The position numbers and the translations under genes are program-made. From Blattabacterium cuenoti (GTDB lineage: Bacteria; Bacteroidota; Bacteroidia; Flavobacteriales; Blattabacteriaceae): a stretch of DNA of 32,000 bases. The notes beneath the pieces were generated by a model. The model was not told the origin of the DNA. It saw only the letters and a list, made by a program, of their open reading frames with translations, and searched no databases. The DNA lies in assembly GCA_014251975.1 (NCBI GenBank), contig CP059204.1, positions 60,001-92,000 on the forward strand, given 5' to 3'. Numbering within the stretch: position 1 is the stretch's first letter; every line of letters begins with the position of its first letter. This document shows, piece by piece, positions 19,862 to 30,603 of the stretch.

Positions 19862-20791
19862 TTATAAATAAAAAATCATTTTTCTAAATGGTATTATAGT
19901 ATTATACCCTTTTTCAAAAAAATATTGTTTCATACCTTTTCTAAAACTAACCAATACAAAATCTCCACCCCATGCTCCTAAACTTTTTATAACTCCCATA
20001 TAATCTGGGAAATAAAGTTCTTTTATTGTAGGCAATTTTAGTATATTTGAAATTATAGTTTCATGCTCAATAAGTAATTGCTCAAATTCTATTAATGTTT
20101 TACAAAAAACTATTTTTAATGTTATATAAGATATATAATTTATGTTTTCAATAGAAACTTTTTTTTTATACAAAAAAAAATTTATCTCTTTACGTGTATT
20201 TTGTTTTTTATTCAAATGCAAAAAAAATAGCTGATTTATAAATTTAGGTTTAAATTGTACTGGAAAAATATATGGAATATTTTTATATAACTTATAAATT
20301 ATTGGAGTATTACTAGAAGAACAAGCTATATCATAACCACTACCATAAAAATCTTTTTCTAACAACATATAGGGGTTTACTCCACTCCATTTTGATATAT
20401 TATTTATTAAAGTTGAACTACTACCTAACCCCCAATCTATAGAAAATTCTAATTTAGTTTCTATATATTTTTCAAAATATCTAGAAAGAAAATTTTTTCG
20501 TATTTTTTTTAATTTTAATAATATATTTCTTAATTTTAGAGCTCTTTTTTTATCTGTTTTATAACAAATTTTAAAATCAGGTATTCTGAATACTACTTCA
20601 AACCAAAGTTTATCAAACTTATCATAACTTTTCCATATTAAAATAGAAGAATATTTTCTTTTTTCAAATACTGTTAATGATTGCCCTTTGCATGTAGGAA
20701 AAGCTAAACCTAAAGCCCCATGTAAAATAAGATATTCTCCAGTTAATAATATTTTTCCATGACTATGGAAATAATTTTGATATATATACAT
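19862..20791 (-). CDS. GYDIA-family GHMP kinase (putative mevalonate-pathway kinase)
   Basis: The 309-aa product has HGKILLTGEYLILHGALGLA, the GHMP motif GLGSSSTL and the family-defining GSGYDIA. Confidence 0.8.
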   Translation of the reverse strand: MYIYQNYFHSHGKILLTGEYLILHGALGLAFPTCKGQSLTVFEKRKYSSILIWKSYDKFDKLWFEVVFRIPDFKICYKTDKKRALKLRNILLKLKKIRKNFLSRYFEKYIETKLEFSIDWGLGSSSTLINNISKWSGVNPYMLLEKDFYGSGYDIACSSSNTPIIYKLYKNIPYIFPVQFKPKFINQLFFLHLNKKQNTRKEINFFLYKKKVSIENINYISYITLKIVFCKTLIEFEQLLIEHETIISNILKLPTIKELYFPDYMGVIKSLGAWGGDFVLVSFRKGMKQYFFEKGYNTIIPFRKMIFYL

Positions 20792-21648
20792 TATAATTGT
20801 AAAATTCTTTTAATCATTTTTTTTAAAATATTTTTTTCTCCTATTTCTATAAATTCTTTTGCTCCATTAAAATACATATTTTTTATAGATTGTTTCCATT
20901 TTACTGGATTAGTAAGTTGTCTTACAAGATTTTTTTTTATATCAAATGTATCTTTTACAGGTATCCCATTTATATTTTGGTAAATAGGACATATTGGGTA
21001 TTTAAAGGTCATTTTATTAATAATACTACTAAATTTTTTTTCAATTGGTTTCATTATTGGAGAATGAAATGCACCACTAACCGGTAGATAAAATATTTTT
21101 TTAGCACCTTTTTTTTTTAAAATAGAACAAACTTTTTTTACATAATTATATTCTCCAGATATAACTAATTGTCCTGGTGTATTATAATTTGATGGAGTTA
21201 CTACACCATTACCGTAAGAATTACATATATCTTCTATAATATTATCTTTTAATCCTAATATTGCTACCATACACCCTTTAATTTTATCACAAATTTTTTT
21301 CATAAGAGATGCCCTTTTATTAACTAATTTTAATCCATTTTCAAAAGAAAATACGTTAATTGATGCTAAAGCAGAAAATTCTCCTAAAGAATGTCCAGCT
21401 ACCATATCAGGATAAAATTTGTTATCTATTTTAGATAAAATAACTGAATATATATATATTGATAATTGAGCATTTTCAGTTTTCTGTAAAATATTTTTTG
21501 GTCCATTAAACATAATTGACGTTATATTAAAACCTAAAATATCATTAGATAGTTTAAATATTTTTTTTGCTATATTACTTTTTTTATATAAATTTTTACC
21601 CATTCCTATAAATTGTGAACCTTGTCCTGAAAATAAATAAGCTTTCAT
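20791..21648 (-). CDS. fabD: Malonyl-CoA:ACP transacylase
   Basis: The 285-aa product has FSGQGSQ, the active-site motif GHSLGEFSAL and SGAFHSP. Its stop overlaps the downstream start by 1 nt. Confidence 0.95.
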   Translation of the reverse strand: MKAYLFSGQGSQFIGMGKNLYKKSNIAKKIFKLSNDILGFNITSIMFNGPKNILQKTENAQLSIYIYSVILSKIDNKFYPDMVAGHSLGEFSALASINVFSFENGLKLVNKRASLMKKICDKIKGCMVAILGLKDNIIEDICNSYGNGVVTPSNYNTPGQLVISGEYNYVKKVCSILKKKGAKKIFYLPVSGAFHSPIMKPIEKKFSSIINKMTFKYPICPIYQNINGIPVKDTFDIKKNLVRQLTNPVKWKQSIKNMYFNGAKEFIEIGEKNILKKMIKRILQL

Positions 21649-21666
21649 TTTTATTATTATTTATAT

Positions 21667-22434
21667 ATGAATATTATTGATACTCATGCACATATTGATA
21701 TGCCAGAATTTGAAAAAGATATTAAAGTAGTAATTAAAAAAGCATTAAATAAAGGAATAAAAAAAATTTTTATTCCATCTGTAAATAGTATTAGCGCTTA
21801 TAAAATACTAAAATTAAATAAAAAATATCCAAAAGTATGTTACCCTATGATTGGATTACATCCCAATTATGTATATATAAACACTTTAAAAAAAGAATTA
21901 AATAAAATAAAAAAATTATTAAATTTTTATAATCCTATATCAATAGGAGAAATCGGTATAGATCTATATTCAAATAAACATACATTTTATGAACAAAAGT
22001 ATGCTTTTATAAAGCAACTAAAATGGGCTGAAGAAAAAAAAATACCTGTAGTAATACATTGTAGAGAATCATTTAATGAAATTTATAAAATTATAAAAAC
22101 AAAAAATATTAGAGGAATATTTCATTGTTTTACAGGTAATTTAAATCAAGCTTACAAAATAATAGATATTGGTATGAAATTAGGAATTGGAGGAATAATA
22201 ACTTTTAAAAATAATAACGTTATTAAATTTTTGAAAAAAATTGATTTAAATAATATAGTTTTAGAAACAGATTCTCCTTTTTTATCTCCACATCCATTTA
22301 GAGGAAAAAGAAATGAACCATATAATTTATATTTAATTTTTCAAAAATTATCTAAAATTTATGATGTTTCAGAAAAAAAAATAGAAAAAATTATTAATTC
22401 AAATATAAAAAACATATTCAAATTATGTTTATAG
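21667..22434 (+). CDS. tatD: TatD-family metal-dependent hydrolase/DNase
   Basis: The 255-aa product has IDTHAHID, GEIGIDLY, VVIHCRE, GIFHCFTG and LETDSPFL. Confidence 0.9.
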   Translation: MNIIDTHAHIDMPEFEKDIKVVIKKALNKGIKKIFIPSVNSISAYKILKLNKKYPKVCYPMIGLHPNYVYINTLKKELNKIKKLLNFYNPISIGEIGIDLYSNKHTFYEQKYAFIKQLKWAEEKKIPVVIHCRESFNEIYKIIKTKNIRGIFHCFTGNLNQAYKIIDIGMKLGIGGIITFKNNNVIKFLKKIDLNNIVLETDSPFLSPHPFRGKRNEPYNLYLIFQKLSKIYDVSEKKIEKIINSNIKNIFKLCL

Positions 22435-22439
22435 GTAGT

Positions 22440-23825
22440 TTATACCATTTTTTTTGGATCTACTAATCTATCGAATTCATCGGAATTTAAATAACCTAAA
22501 CGAATTGCTTCTTCTTTTAAAGTACTATTATTATCATATGCACTTTTAGCTATATGTGCAGATTTTTCATATCCAATATGAACATTTAAAACTGTAACCA
22601 ACATTAAAGATCTATTAAGAAATTTTTCGATTCTATTATAATTTGGTCTAATCCCATCTATGCAAAGATATTTAAATGATTTACAAGAATCTGAAAGTAA
22701 CTGTGCAGATTGTAGAAAATTATATATCATTAAAGGCTTACAAACGTTTAACTCATAATTACCTGAAGAGCCTGCCATTGATATTGTTACATCATTTCCT
22801 ATTATTTGCATACATACCATAATTATTGATTCACATTGAGTAGGATTTACTTTACCAGGCATAATAGAAGAACCCGGTTCATTTTCTGGAATATAAATTT
22901 CACCAATACCAGCACGAGGTCCAGATGATAATAAACGAATATCATTTGATATTTTTATTAAAGATACTGCAATTTGTTTTAATGCTGCATGAGATTCTAC
23001 TATAGAATCATGAGAGGCTATATATGCAAATTTATTTTTTGTTATTTTTAAAGGTAATTTTGTTTTTTTTTTAAGGAATTCAACAACTATTTTATCGTAT
23101 CCACAAGGTGCGTTAATCCCTGTACCTACTGCAGTACCACCTATTGGTAATTTAGAAAGATTATTTAAGGTATTTTTAATACAATTAAACCCATGTTCTA
23201 TTTGATGTGCATAACCAGAAAACTCTTGTCCTAAGGTAATTGGGACAGCATCCATTAAATGTGTTCTTCCTATTTTAATAATATTTGAAAATAATTTAGA
23301 TTTATTTTTTAAAGAAATTATTAAATTTTTAATAGATGGTATAGTATTTTCTATTAATTTTTTATAAGCTGATAAATGCATAGCTGTAGAAAAAGTATCA
23401 TTAGATGATTGTGACATGTTAACATCATCATTAGGATGAATAAATAATTGTTTATTTTTGAATTTTTTTTTAATTATAATATTAGATATATTTGATATAA
23501 CTTCATTGACATTCATATTAGTATGAGTACCAGATCCTGTTTGCCATACTACTAATGGAAATTGATCATCTAATTTTCCATTAATAATTTTATTACATAC
23601 ATAAGAAATAATATCTTTTTTTTCTTTTGATAATTTTCCTAATCTAAAATTAGAATAAGCAGAAGCTTTTTTTAAATATCCAAAAGAATGTATAATTTCT
23701 ATAGGCATAGATCCTGGCACACCTATTTTAAAATTTTTTCTTGATTTTTCTGTTTGTGAGCCCCAATATTTATTAATAGGTATTTTTATAGATTCTATAG
23801 TATCTTTTTGTATTCTAGAATTCAT
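22440..23825 (-). CDS. fumC: Class II fumarate hydratase
   Basis: The 461-aa product has WQTGSGTHTNMNVNEV, GRTHLMDAVP and the signature GSSIMPGKVNPTQCE. Confidence 0.97.
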   Translation of the reverse strand: MNSRIQKDTIESIKIPINKYWGSQTEKSRKNFKIGVPGSMPIEIIHSFGYLKKASAYSNFRLGKLSKEKKDIISYVCNKIINGKLDDQFPLVVWQTGSGTHTNMNVNEVISNISNIIIKKKFKNKQLFIHPNDDVNMSQSSNDTFSTAMHLSAYKKLIENTIPSIKNLIISLKNKSKLFSNIIKIGRTHLMDAVPITLGQEFSGYAHQIEHGFNCIKNTLNNLSKLPIGGTAVGTGINAPCGYDKIVVEFLKKKTKLPLKITKNKFAYIASHDSIVESHAALKQIAVSLIKISNDIRLLSSGPRAGIGEIYIPENEPGSSIMPGKVNPTQCESIIMVCMQIIGNDVTISMAGSSGNYELNVCKPLMIYNFLQSAQLLSDSCKSFKYLCIDGIRPNYNRIEKFLNRSLMLVTVLNVHIGYEKSAHIAKSAYDNNSTLKEEAIRLGYLNSDEFDRLVDPKKMV

Positions 23826-23850
23826 TATATTTATTATTTATTTTTATAAA

Positions 23851-24003
23851 ATGATATTAAAATTTTTAGGATTTTTATTATTTATAATTATAACTTTATC
23901 TGGATTTTGGTGTATTATATTTTTATCAATATTCAGTATGTATTGGATTATAAGCTTTTTAATAAATAAAATTAAAAATTTTTATAAAAAAAATATAAAA
24001 TAA
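23851..24003 (+). CDS. Candidate 50-aa small membrane protein (two predicted TM segments), unverified
   Basis: My hand translation is MILKFLGFLLFIIITLSGFWCIIFLSIFSMYWIISFLINKIKNFYKKNIK followed by a stop. The ORF fills the 184-bp fumC/mnmG spacer almost exactly. I recognise no homology, and it could be a chance open frame. Confidence 0.3.
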   Translation: MILKFLGFLLFIIITLSGFWCIIFLSIFSMYWIISFLINKIKNFYKKNIK

Positions 24004-24009
24004 TTTAAT

Positions 24010-25884
24010 TTATTTATTAATATAAATTAATAATATACTCAAATCAGAAGGTGAAACCCCACTAATTCTTGATGCTTGTGCTAAAGAATTAGGTTTGTAA
24101 TATGTTAACTTTTCTTTAGCTTCAGTAGATAAAGAATTAATGTTATTATAATTAAATCCATATGGTATTAATATATTTTCTAATTTTAATAGTTTTTTAG
24201 CATTTTCTTTTTCTTTTTCTAAATATCCTCTATATTTTATCCTAATTTCAGATTGTTCTAAAATTTCTTTATCTATTATTTTATATTTATTTATTGCTTT
24301 TCTTATAAAATTAATATTTATAATGTCTTTTATGTTTATTTCAGATCTTGATAAAATATTTGATATAGTTTTTTCAAAAATTATTATTGGAGATATTTTT
24401 TTTTTTAAAATATGATTAATATTTTTTGGTTTTAAAATATTTTTATCAAAAAAACTAATAATTTTTTTAATTTTATATTTTTTATTTTCAACTTTTTTAA
24501 AGTTACTTTTAGTAATTAATCCTACTTTATATCCTATATTAGTTAACCTCTCATCAGCATTATCTTGACGTAATAACATTCTGTATTCTGCTCTAGATGT
24601 AAACATCCTATATGGTTCTTTTGTTCCTTTAGTAACTAAATCATCTATAAGTACACCTATATAAGATTCACTCCTTTTAAAAATAACATGTGGTTTATTA
24701 TATATTTTTAGACTAGCATTAATCCCTGCTACTATACCTTGAGAAGCTGCTTCTTCATATCCAGTTGTCCCGTTTATTTGTCCAGCTAAAAAAAGATTAT
24801 CAATTATTTTACTTTCTAGAGTAAGCTTTAATTGTTCTGGATAAAAATAATCATATTCTACAGCATATCCTGGTTTTAATATTTTAACTTTTTCAAATCC
24901 TGAAATTTTCTTTAAAGAATTATATTGAATATCTTCTGAAAAAGAAGTAGAAAAACCATTTACATATGTTTCTATAGTATTCCATCCTTCAGGTTCTACA
25001 AAAATAGGATGATTTTTTTGATTAGGAAATCGTATTATTTTTTCTTCTATAGATGGACAATATCTAGGCCCAATTACTTTAACATAATTATTTAAAATTG
25101 GAGAATTTTTTAAATTATCGTTAATTATATCATATACATCCTTATTAGTATAAGTAATATAACATTTACTTTGTTTTTTTAATTTTTTAGTTTTATGAAA
25201 AAAAGAAAATTTTTTAGGATAATCATCCCCATATTGAGTAGTCATTTTATTGTAATTTAATGAACGTGAATCTACTCTGGGTGATGTCCCAGTTTTCATT
25301 CTACCAGATTTAATTCCAAAATATTTCAATTGTCTAGTAATACCTTTAACTTCTTTTTCATTTATTCTACCTCCATAAATTAATTTTTTCCCTATATATA
25401 TTAATCCATTTAAAAATGTTCCATTTGTTAAAATTATAGCTTTTGATTTTATTTTAAGTCCTAAAAAAGTTTTTACTCCACAAATTTTATTATTTTTTAT
25501 AATTAAAGATACTACTGTATCTTGATAAAAATCTAAATTTTTATTATTTTCTAAAATAAATCTCCAATAAGAAGAAAATAGTTTTCTATCACATTGTGAT
25601 CTTGGGCTCCACATCGCAGGGCCCTTAGATTTATTTAACATTCTAAATTGTATACTACTGTAATCTGTAATTAATCCAGAATATCCTCCTAAAGCATCTA
25701 TTTCTCTGATCATTTGCCCTTTTGCTATACCACCCATAGATGGATTACAAGATAATTGTCCTATTGTATTTAAATTACTAGTAATAAGTAATGTTTTACA
25801 CCCCATCCTTGATGAAGCAGAAGATGCTTCAGAACCAGCATGACCACCTCCTACTACAATAATATCATATATGTTTTCAAACAT
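24010..25884 (-). CDS. mnmG: tRNA uridine 5-carboxymethylaminomethyl modification enzyme MnmG (GidA)
   Basis: The 624-aa product has the FAD motif [38 protein letters not shown] and RAEYR. Confidence 0.97.
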   Translation of the reverse strand: MFENIYDIIVVGGGHAGSEASSASSRMGCKTLLITSNLNTIGQLSCNPSMGGIAKGQMIREIDALGGYSGLITDYSSIQFRMLNKSKGPAMWSPRSQCDRKLFSSYWRFILENNKNLDFYQDTVVSLIIKNNKICGVKTFLGLKIKSKAIILTNGTFLNGLIYIGKKLIYGGRINEKEVKGITRQLKYFGIKSGRMKTGTSPRVDSRSLNYNKMTTQYGDDYPKKFSFFHKTKKLKKQSKCYITYTNKDVYDIINDNLKNSPILNNYVKVIGPRYCPSIEEKIIRFPNQKNHPIFVEPEGWNTIETYVNGFSTSFSEDIQYNSLKKISGFEKVKILKPGYAVEYDYFYPEQLKLTLESKIIDNLFLAGQINGTTGYEEAASQGIVAGINASLKIYNKPHVIFKRSESYIGVLIDDLVTKGTKEPYRMFTSRAEYRMLLRQDNADERLTNIGYKVGLITKSNFKKVENKKYKIKKIISFFDKNILKPKNINHILKKKISPIIIFEKTISNILSRSEINIKDIININFIRKAINKYKIIDKEILEQSEIRIKYRGYLEKEKENAKKLLKLENILIPYGFNYNNINSLSTEAKEKLTYYKPNSLAQASRISGVSPSDLSILLIYINK

Positions 25885-26284
25885 ATAAATAAAAATTTTC
25901 TTTTTTTCTCATAACTTCTATATTATTATCTTTATTATCATTATACCCTAAAAAATGTAATATAGCATGTATCATAACTCTTTCTAATTCAATTAAAAAT
26001 GTTTCATTAAAGTTTGTAGAATTATCAATTACCCTTTCAATACTAATAAAAATATCTCCTGATATATTTTTTTTAAAAGAATAATTAAAAGATATTACAT
26101 CTGTGTAATAATTTTTTTTTAAATATTTTTTATTAATTTTTAATAAATAATTATCATCACAAAAAATATAATTTATATTACCTAATTTTTTTTTTTCGTT
26201 TTTTAATATAAAAATAATTTTTTTGATAAAATATAGTTTATTATGTATTTTAAAATTAAATATTTCATAAAAAAAATTAATCAT
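25877..26284 (-). CDS. ybeY: rRNA maturation endoribonuclease YbeY
   Basis: The 135-aa product has the metal site [15 protein letters not shown] (the Bacteroidota-style H..LH..GY.D variant). It overlaps mnmG by 8 nt. Confidence 0.88.
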   Translation of the reverse strand: MINFFYEIFNFKIHNKLYFIKKIIFILKNEKKKLGNINYIFCDDNYLLKINKKYLKKNYYTDVISFNYSFKKNISGDIFISIERVIDNSTNFNETFLIELERVMIHAILHFLGYNDNKDNNIEVMRKKENFYLYV

Positions 26285-26362
26285 TATAATGTTAAAAATA
26301 ATATGTTAAAAATATTACATTATTATTGAAAAATACGAAAAATACATTTATTTTTATACACG

Positions 26363-26394
26363 TTTATTATTTTTAATATTTATTATTTTTAATA
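26363..26394. repeat. Perfect 16-bp tandem duplication (tttattatttttaata x2) in the ybeY / exonuclease divergent intergenic region
   Basis: I checked by hand that 26363-26378 equals 26379-26394. Two other tandem duplications lie in the same spacer: gaaaaatac x2 at 26328-26345, and a 14-bp unit x2 with one mismatch at 26289-26316. Confidence 0.9.
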
Positions 26395-26408
26395 AAAAAA
26401 TCTAGTAA

Positions 26409-27182
26409 ATGAAATTAATACTTAATCGTCCTATTTGTTTTTTTGATATAGAATCTACTGGAATAAATATAAGTAAAGATAGAATAATTGAAATTTCAAT
26501 ATTAAAAATTTTTCCAGATGATAATAAAGAAAAGAAAACTTGGTTAATTTCTCCGGGTATTCCTATCCCAGTTAAATCTACAGCTATTCACGGTATAAAA
26601 GACGAAGACGTAGTAAATAAACCTAAATTTAGAGAAGTAGCACATACAATATTTAAAATGATTGAAAATACAGATTTAGCAGGATATAATTCTAATAGAT
26701 TTGATATCCCACTTTTAGCAGAAGAAATGTTACGTTCAGGTATATCTTTTGATATAAAAAAACATAAAACTATAGATGTTCAAGTTATTTATCATAAAAT
26801 GGAACCTAGAACACTTTCTGCAGCTTATAAATACTATTGCAATAAAAAATTAACAAAAGCTCATAGCTCTAAAAATGATACATTAGCTACATATAGAATA
26901 CTACTTTCTCAAGTAGAAAAATATTCTGTATTAAAAGGAGACGTTAAAAGTCTTAATCAGTTTTCTCATCAAAAAAATATATTAGATCTAGCCGGATTTA
27001 TAAAAAAAGATGAAGATGGCAAAGAAATATTTAATTTTGGAAAATACAAAGATAAAAATATTTTTGATATTTTTGATAAAGATCCTAATTATTACAAATG
27101 GATACAAAAATCCGATTTTCCTATATATACAAAAAAAATATTTACAAAAATAAAATTAAAAAAATTTAATAAAAAAAATTAA
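26409..27182 (+). CDS. DEDDh 3'-5' exonuclease (DnaQ/epsilon-like) with a C-terminal extension
   Basis: The 257-aa product has Exo I FFDIESTG, Exo II GYNSNRFDIPLL and Exo III AHSSKNDTLAT. Confidence 0.85.
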   Translation: MKLILNRPICFFDIESTGINISKDRIIEISILKIFPDDNKEKKTWLISPGIPIPVKSTAIHGIKDEDVVNKPKFREVAHTIFKMIENTDLAGYNSNRFDIPLLAEEMLRSGISFDIKKHKTIDVQVIYHKMEPRTLSAAYKYYCNKKLTKAHSSKNDTLATYRILLSQVEKYSVLKGDVKSLNQFSHQKNILDLAGFIKKDEDGKEIFNFGKYKDKNIFDIFDKDPNYYKWIQKSDFPIYTKKIFTKIKLKKFNKKN

Positions 27183-29035
27183 CATAATTCTTTTATTTTT
27201 TCTGATACAAAAATATCTAAATTTTTACCATATAATAAATTCTTAGATAAAAGAGCTAAATTTACTCCGTTTTTAATCATATTATTTATCTTTTCTTTAG
27301 ATGTTTCCTTCAATATTTTTATTATTATTATATGGTTGACATTTACTATTAATTTATATTTATTTTCTTCTCCGTTATTAAATAAATTTTTACCAAATGA
27401 ATAATTTATATCTTCCATTCTTCTAGAAAACTCTGGTATAACTATAATAAAAGGGTTATCTTTATGAGATAAATTTTCCAATTTTACAGATAAATTATAT
27501 GATTTAACAAAAGTATTATTTATAATATAATTTTTTAATATTTTTTTTTCTTCTTCAGAAACAATAATTAATTGATTCTTTTGAACTTTACTTATTATTA
27601 ATTTATCAATATGATCTGAATCTACACGTACAAAGCTAATATTTTTATCAAAAAATTCTAATTTTTGTATTATATGTATTGAAAGTGGGCTATCTAATAA
27701 TAATACTTTATATCCCTTATCTGATGATTCTTTAATTGAACTATATTGTGATTCTTTATTGGAAGAATAAAGAATCACAATTTTACCATCTTTATTTCTT
27801 TGATTAACTTCTATTTTTTCTTTTAATTCTTTTAATATAAAATATTCATTATCTGTTGTATAAAATAAAAAGAAATTTATAGATTTGTCAAAAAATTTAT
27901 CATTGCTTATCATACCATATTCTACTATAATTTTTATATCATTCCATTTTTTATTAAAATCATCCCTATTGTTATTAAAAATTGAATATAATTTATCAGA
28001 AACTTTTCTAGTTATATATTTAGATATGTTTTTTACAGATTTATCAGATTGTAAATGAGATCTTGAAACATTTAATGGTATATCTGGAGAATCAATTACA
28101 CCTCTTAATAACCCTAAAAAATCTGGGACAATTCCTTCTAAATTATCTGTAATATATATTTGATTTTGATATAAATGTATTTTATCTTTTTGTAGATCAA
28201 TTTTATTTCCTATTTTAGGGAAAAATAAAATTCCAGTTAAATTAAATGGATGATCTATATTTAGATGTATCCAAAATAGAGGATCATCTAATTGATGTGG
28301 ATATAATTCTTTATGAAAATTTATATAGTCTTTTTCTTTTAAAATAGTTGGACTCTTTGTCCAAGAAGGATGGGTGTTATTAATAGATTTTTTATTTATA
28401 TTACTTTCGTTTTTTAAACCAAAAAATATAGGAACAGGAACAAATTTACAATATTTTTGTAATAATTTTAAAACTCTGTTATATTCTAAAAATTCTGAAT
28501 TATCTTTATTAATATATAATGTTATTTTTGTTCCTCTATCAACCTTATCTACATCATTCATAACAAATGTAGGAGTCCCTTCACAAGACCAAAATATAGA
28601 TTTACTATTTTTTTTATAAGACTGTGTTAAAATAGTTACTTTACTTGATACCATAAAAGATGAATAAAATCCTAATCCAAAATGTCCTATTATAGAAGAA
28701 GTATTTTTTTTGTATTTTTTTATGAATTCTTCTGCTCCAGAAAATGCTATTTGATTAATATATTTTTTAATTTCCTCTTTATTCATTCCTATACCATTAT
28801 CAGTTATTATAATTTTTCGTTTTTCTTTATCCAAAATTATTTTAATGAATAATTGATCATCAATTATATTATCTAAATTTTCTATCTTAGATATTGTTTT
28901 TAATTTAATTATTGCATCTGTAGCATTAGATACTAATTCTCTTAAGAAAATATCTTGATCTGAATATAAAAATCTCTTAATAATTGGAAATATATTATTT
29001 GAAGTAACACTAATTTTATTGTTTTTCATAATCAA
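27179..29035 (-). CDS. htpG: Molecular chaperone HtpG (Hsp90)
   Basis: The 618-aa product has NIFPIIKRFLYSDQDIFLRELVSNATDA, IIGHFGLGFYSSFMV and PLNVSRSHLQ. Confidence 0.96.
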   Translation of the reverse strand: MIMKNNKISVTSNNIFPIIKRFLYSDQDIFLRELVSNATDAIIKLKTISKIENLDNIIDDQLFIKIILDKEKRKIIITDNGIGMNKEEIKKYINQIAFSGAEEFIKKYKKNTSSIIGHFGLGFYSSFMVSSKVTILTQSYKKNSKSIFWSCEGTPTFVMNDVDKVDRGTKITLYINKDNSEFLEYNRVLKLLQKYCKFVPVPIFFGLKNESNINKKSINNTHPSWTKSPTILKEKDYINFHKELYPHQLDDPLFWIHLNIDHPFNLTGILFFPKIGNKIDLQKDKIHLYQNQIYITDNLEGIVPDFLGLLRGVIDSPDIPLNVSRSHLQSDKSVKNISKYITRKVSDKLYSIFNNNRDDFNKKWNDIKIIVEYGMISNDKFFDKSINFFLFYTTDNEYFILKELKEKIEVNQRNKDGKIVILYSSNKESQYSSIKESSDKGYKVLLLDSPLSIHIIQKLEFFDKNISFVRVDSDHIDKLIISKVQKNQLIIVSEEEKKILKNYIINNTFVKSYNLSVKLENLSHKDNPFIIVIPEFSRRMEDINYSFGKNLFNNGEENKYKLIVNVNHIIIIKILKETSKEKINNMIKNGVNLALLSKNLLYGKNLDIFVSEKIKELC

Positions 29036-29049
29036 AAAAAAATTATTTA

Positions 29050-29967
<918 letters not shown>

Positions 29968-29969
29968 AT

Positions 29970-30137
29970 TTATTTTAATAAAAATTTATGTGCTTCTTCT
30001 TTTTTTAACATTTTACTTTCAAAAGTATAACTTCCATATTTTTTTTTAATAGATTTCACTGCTAGTACCATTTTATTATATTTTTTAGAAATATTTTGAT
30101 TAATATCTTTTATTTTTACTTTTTTTTTTGTTTTCAT
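29970..30137 (-). CDS. DUF4295-family small protein (55 aa), missed by the ORF track
   Basis: My hand translation is MKTKKKVKIKDINQNISKKYNKMVLAVKSIKKKYGSYTFESKMLKKEEAHKFLLK followed by a stop. It occupies the conserved slot between rpmG and ftsY seen in Bacteroidota. Its ...A(V/I)K(S/M)...G.Y.F.E..(M/V) pattern fits that family as I recall it. It ends 2 nt before the ftsY start. Confidence 0.7.
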   Translation of the reverse strand: MKTKKKVKIKDINQNISKKYNKMVLAVKSIKKKYGSYTFESKMLKKEEAHKFLLK

Positions 30138-30142
30138 TTAAA

Positions 30143-30328
30143 CTAATTTTTAATTTCTCTATATATAGTATATTTTCTTAAAACTGGATTATATTTCCTT
30201 AATTCTAATCTTTTTGGGTTATTTTTTTTATTTTTTGTAGTTATATATCTAAATGTTTTAGAAACTCCTGATTTTATTTGCTCAGTACATTCTAAAATAA
30301 TTTGTACTCTATTTGCTTTTTTTCTCAT
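30143..30328 (-). CDS. rpmG: 50S ribosomal protein L33
   Basis: The 61-aa product reads [16 protein letters not shown]...[21 protein letters not shown]. Confidence 0.95.
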   Translation of the reverse strand: MRKKANRVQIILECTEQIKSGVSKTFRYITTKNKKNNPKRLELRKYNPVLRKYTIYREIKN

Positions 30329-30548
30329 AATAATTAAAACGTTTTAATGCATTTTCTATACCTATTTTATCAATAATTCTAATAGCATAAGAACAAATTT
30401 TTAAAGTTATCCATTTATTTGTTTTACTTAAAAAAAAACGTTTTTTAAATAAATTTATATAAAATCGTCTTTTATTTTTATTATTTGAGTGAGATACTTT
30501 ATTTCCCACCATTGGTTTTTTTCCTGTTAATTCACAAATTCTTGACAC
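30309..30548 (-). CDS. rpmB: 50S ribosomal protein L28
   Basis: The 79-aa product reads [29 protein letters not shown]. Its 3' end overlaps the rpmG start by 20 nt in a different frame. Confidence 0.95.
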   Translation of the reverse strand: MSRICELTGKKPMVGNKVSHSNNKNKRRFYINLFKKRFFLSKTNKWITLKICSYAIRIIDKIGIENALKRFNYYEKKSK

Positions 30549-30603
30549 AATAAAATATTTTTCATATAATTTAATAAAAAAATAAAATAAAAAGAAGTTT
30601 TTT

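Noticed and set aside
25877-26284. YbeY reads [12 protein letters not shown] instead of the textbook H..LH..GYDH, which might indicate a lost third histidine.
   Set aside because: As I recall, Bacteroidota YbeY proteins commonly read H..LHL.GY.D(K/N), with Asp at that position, so this is probably a lineage-typical variant. It would need an alignment to confirm.
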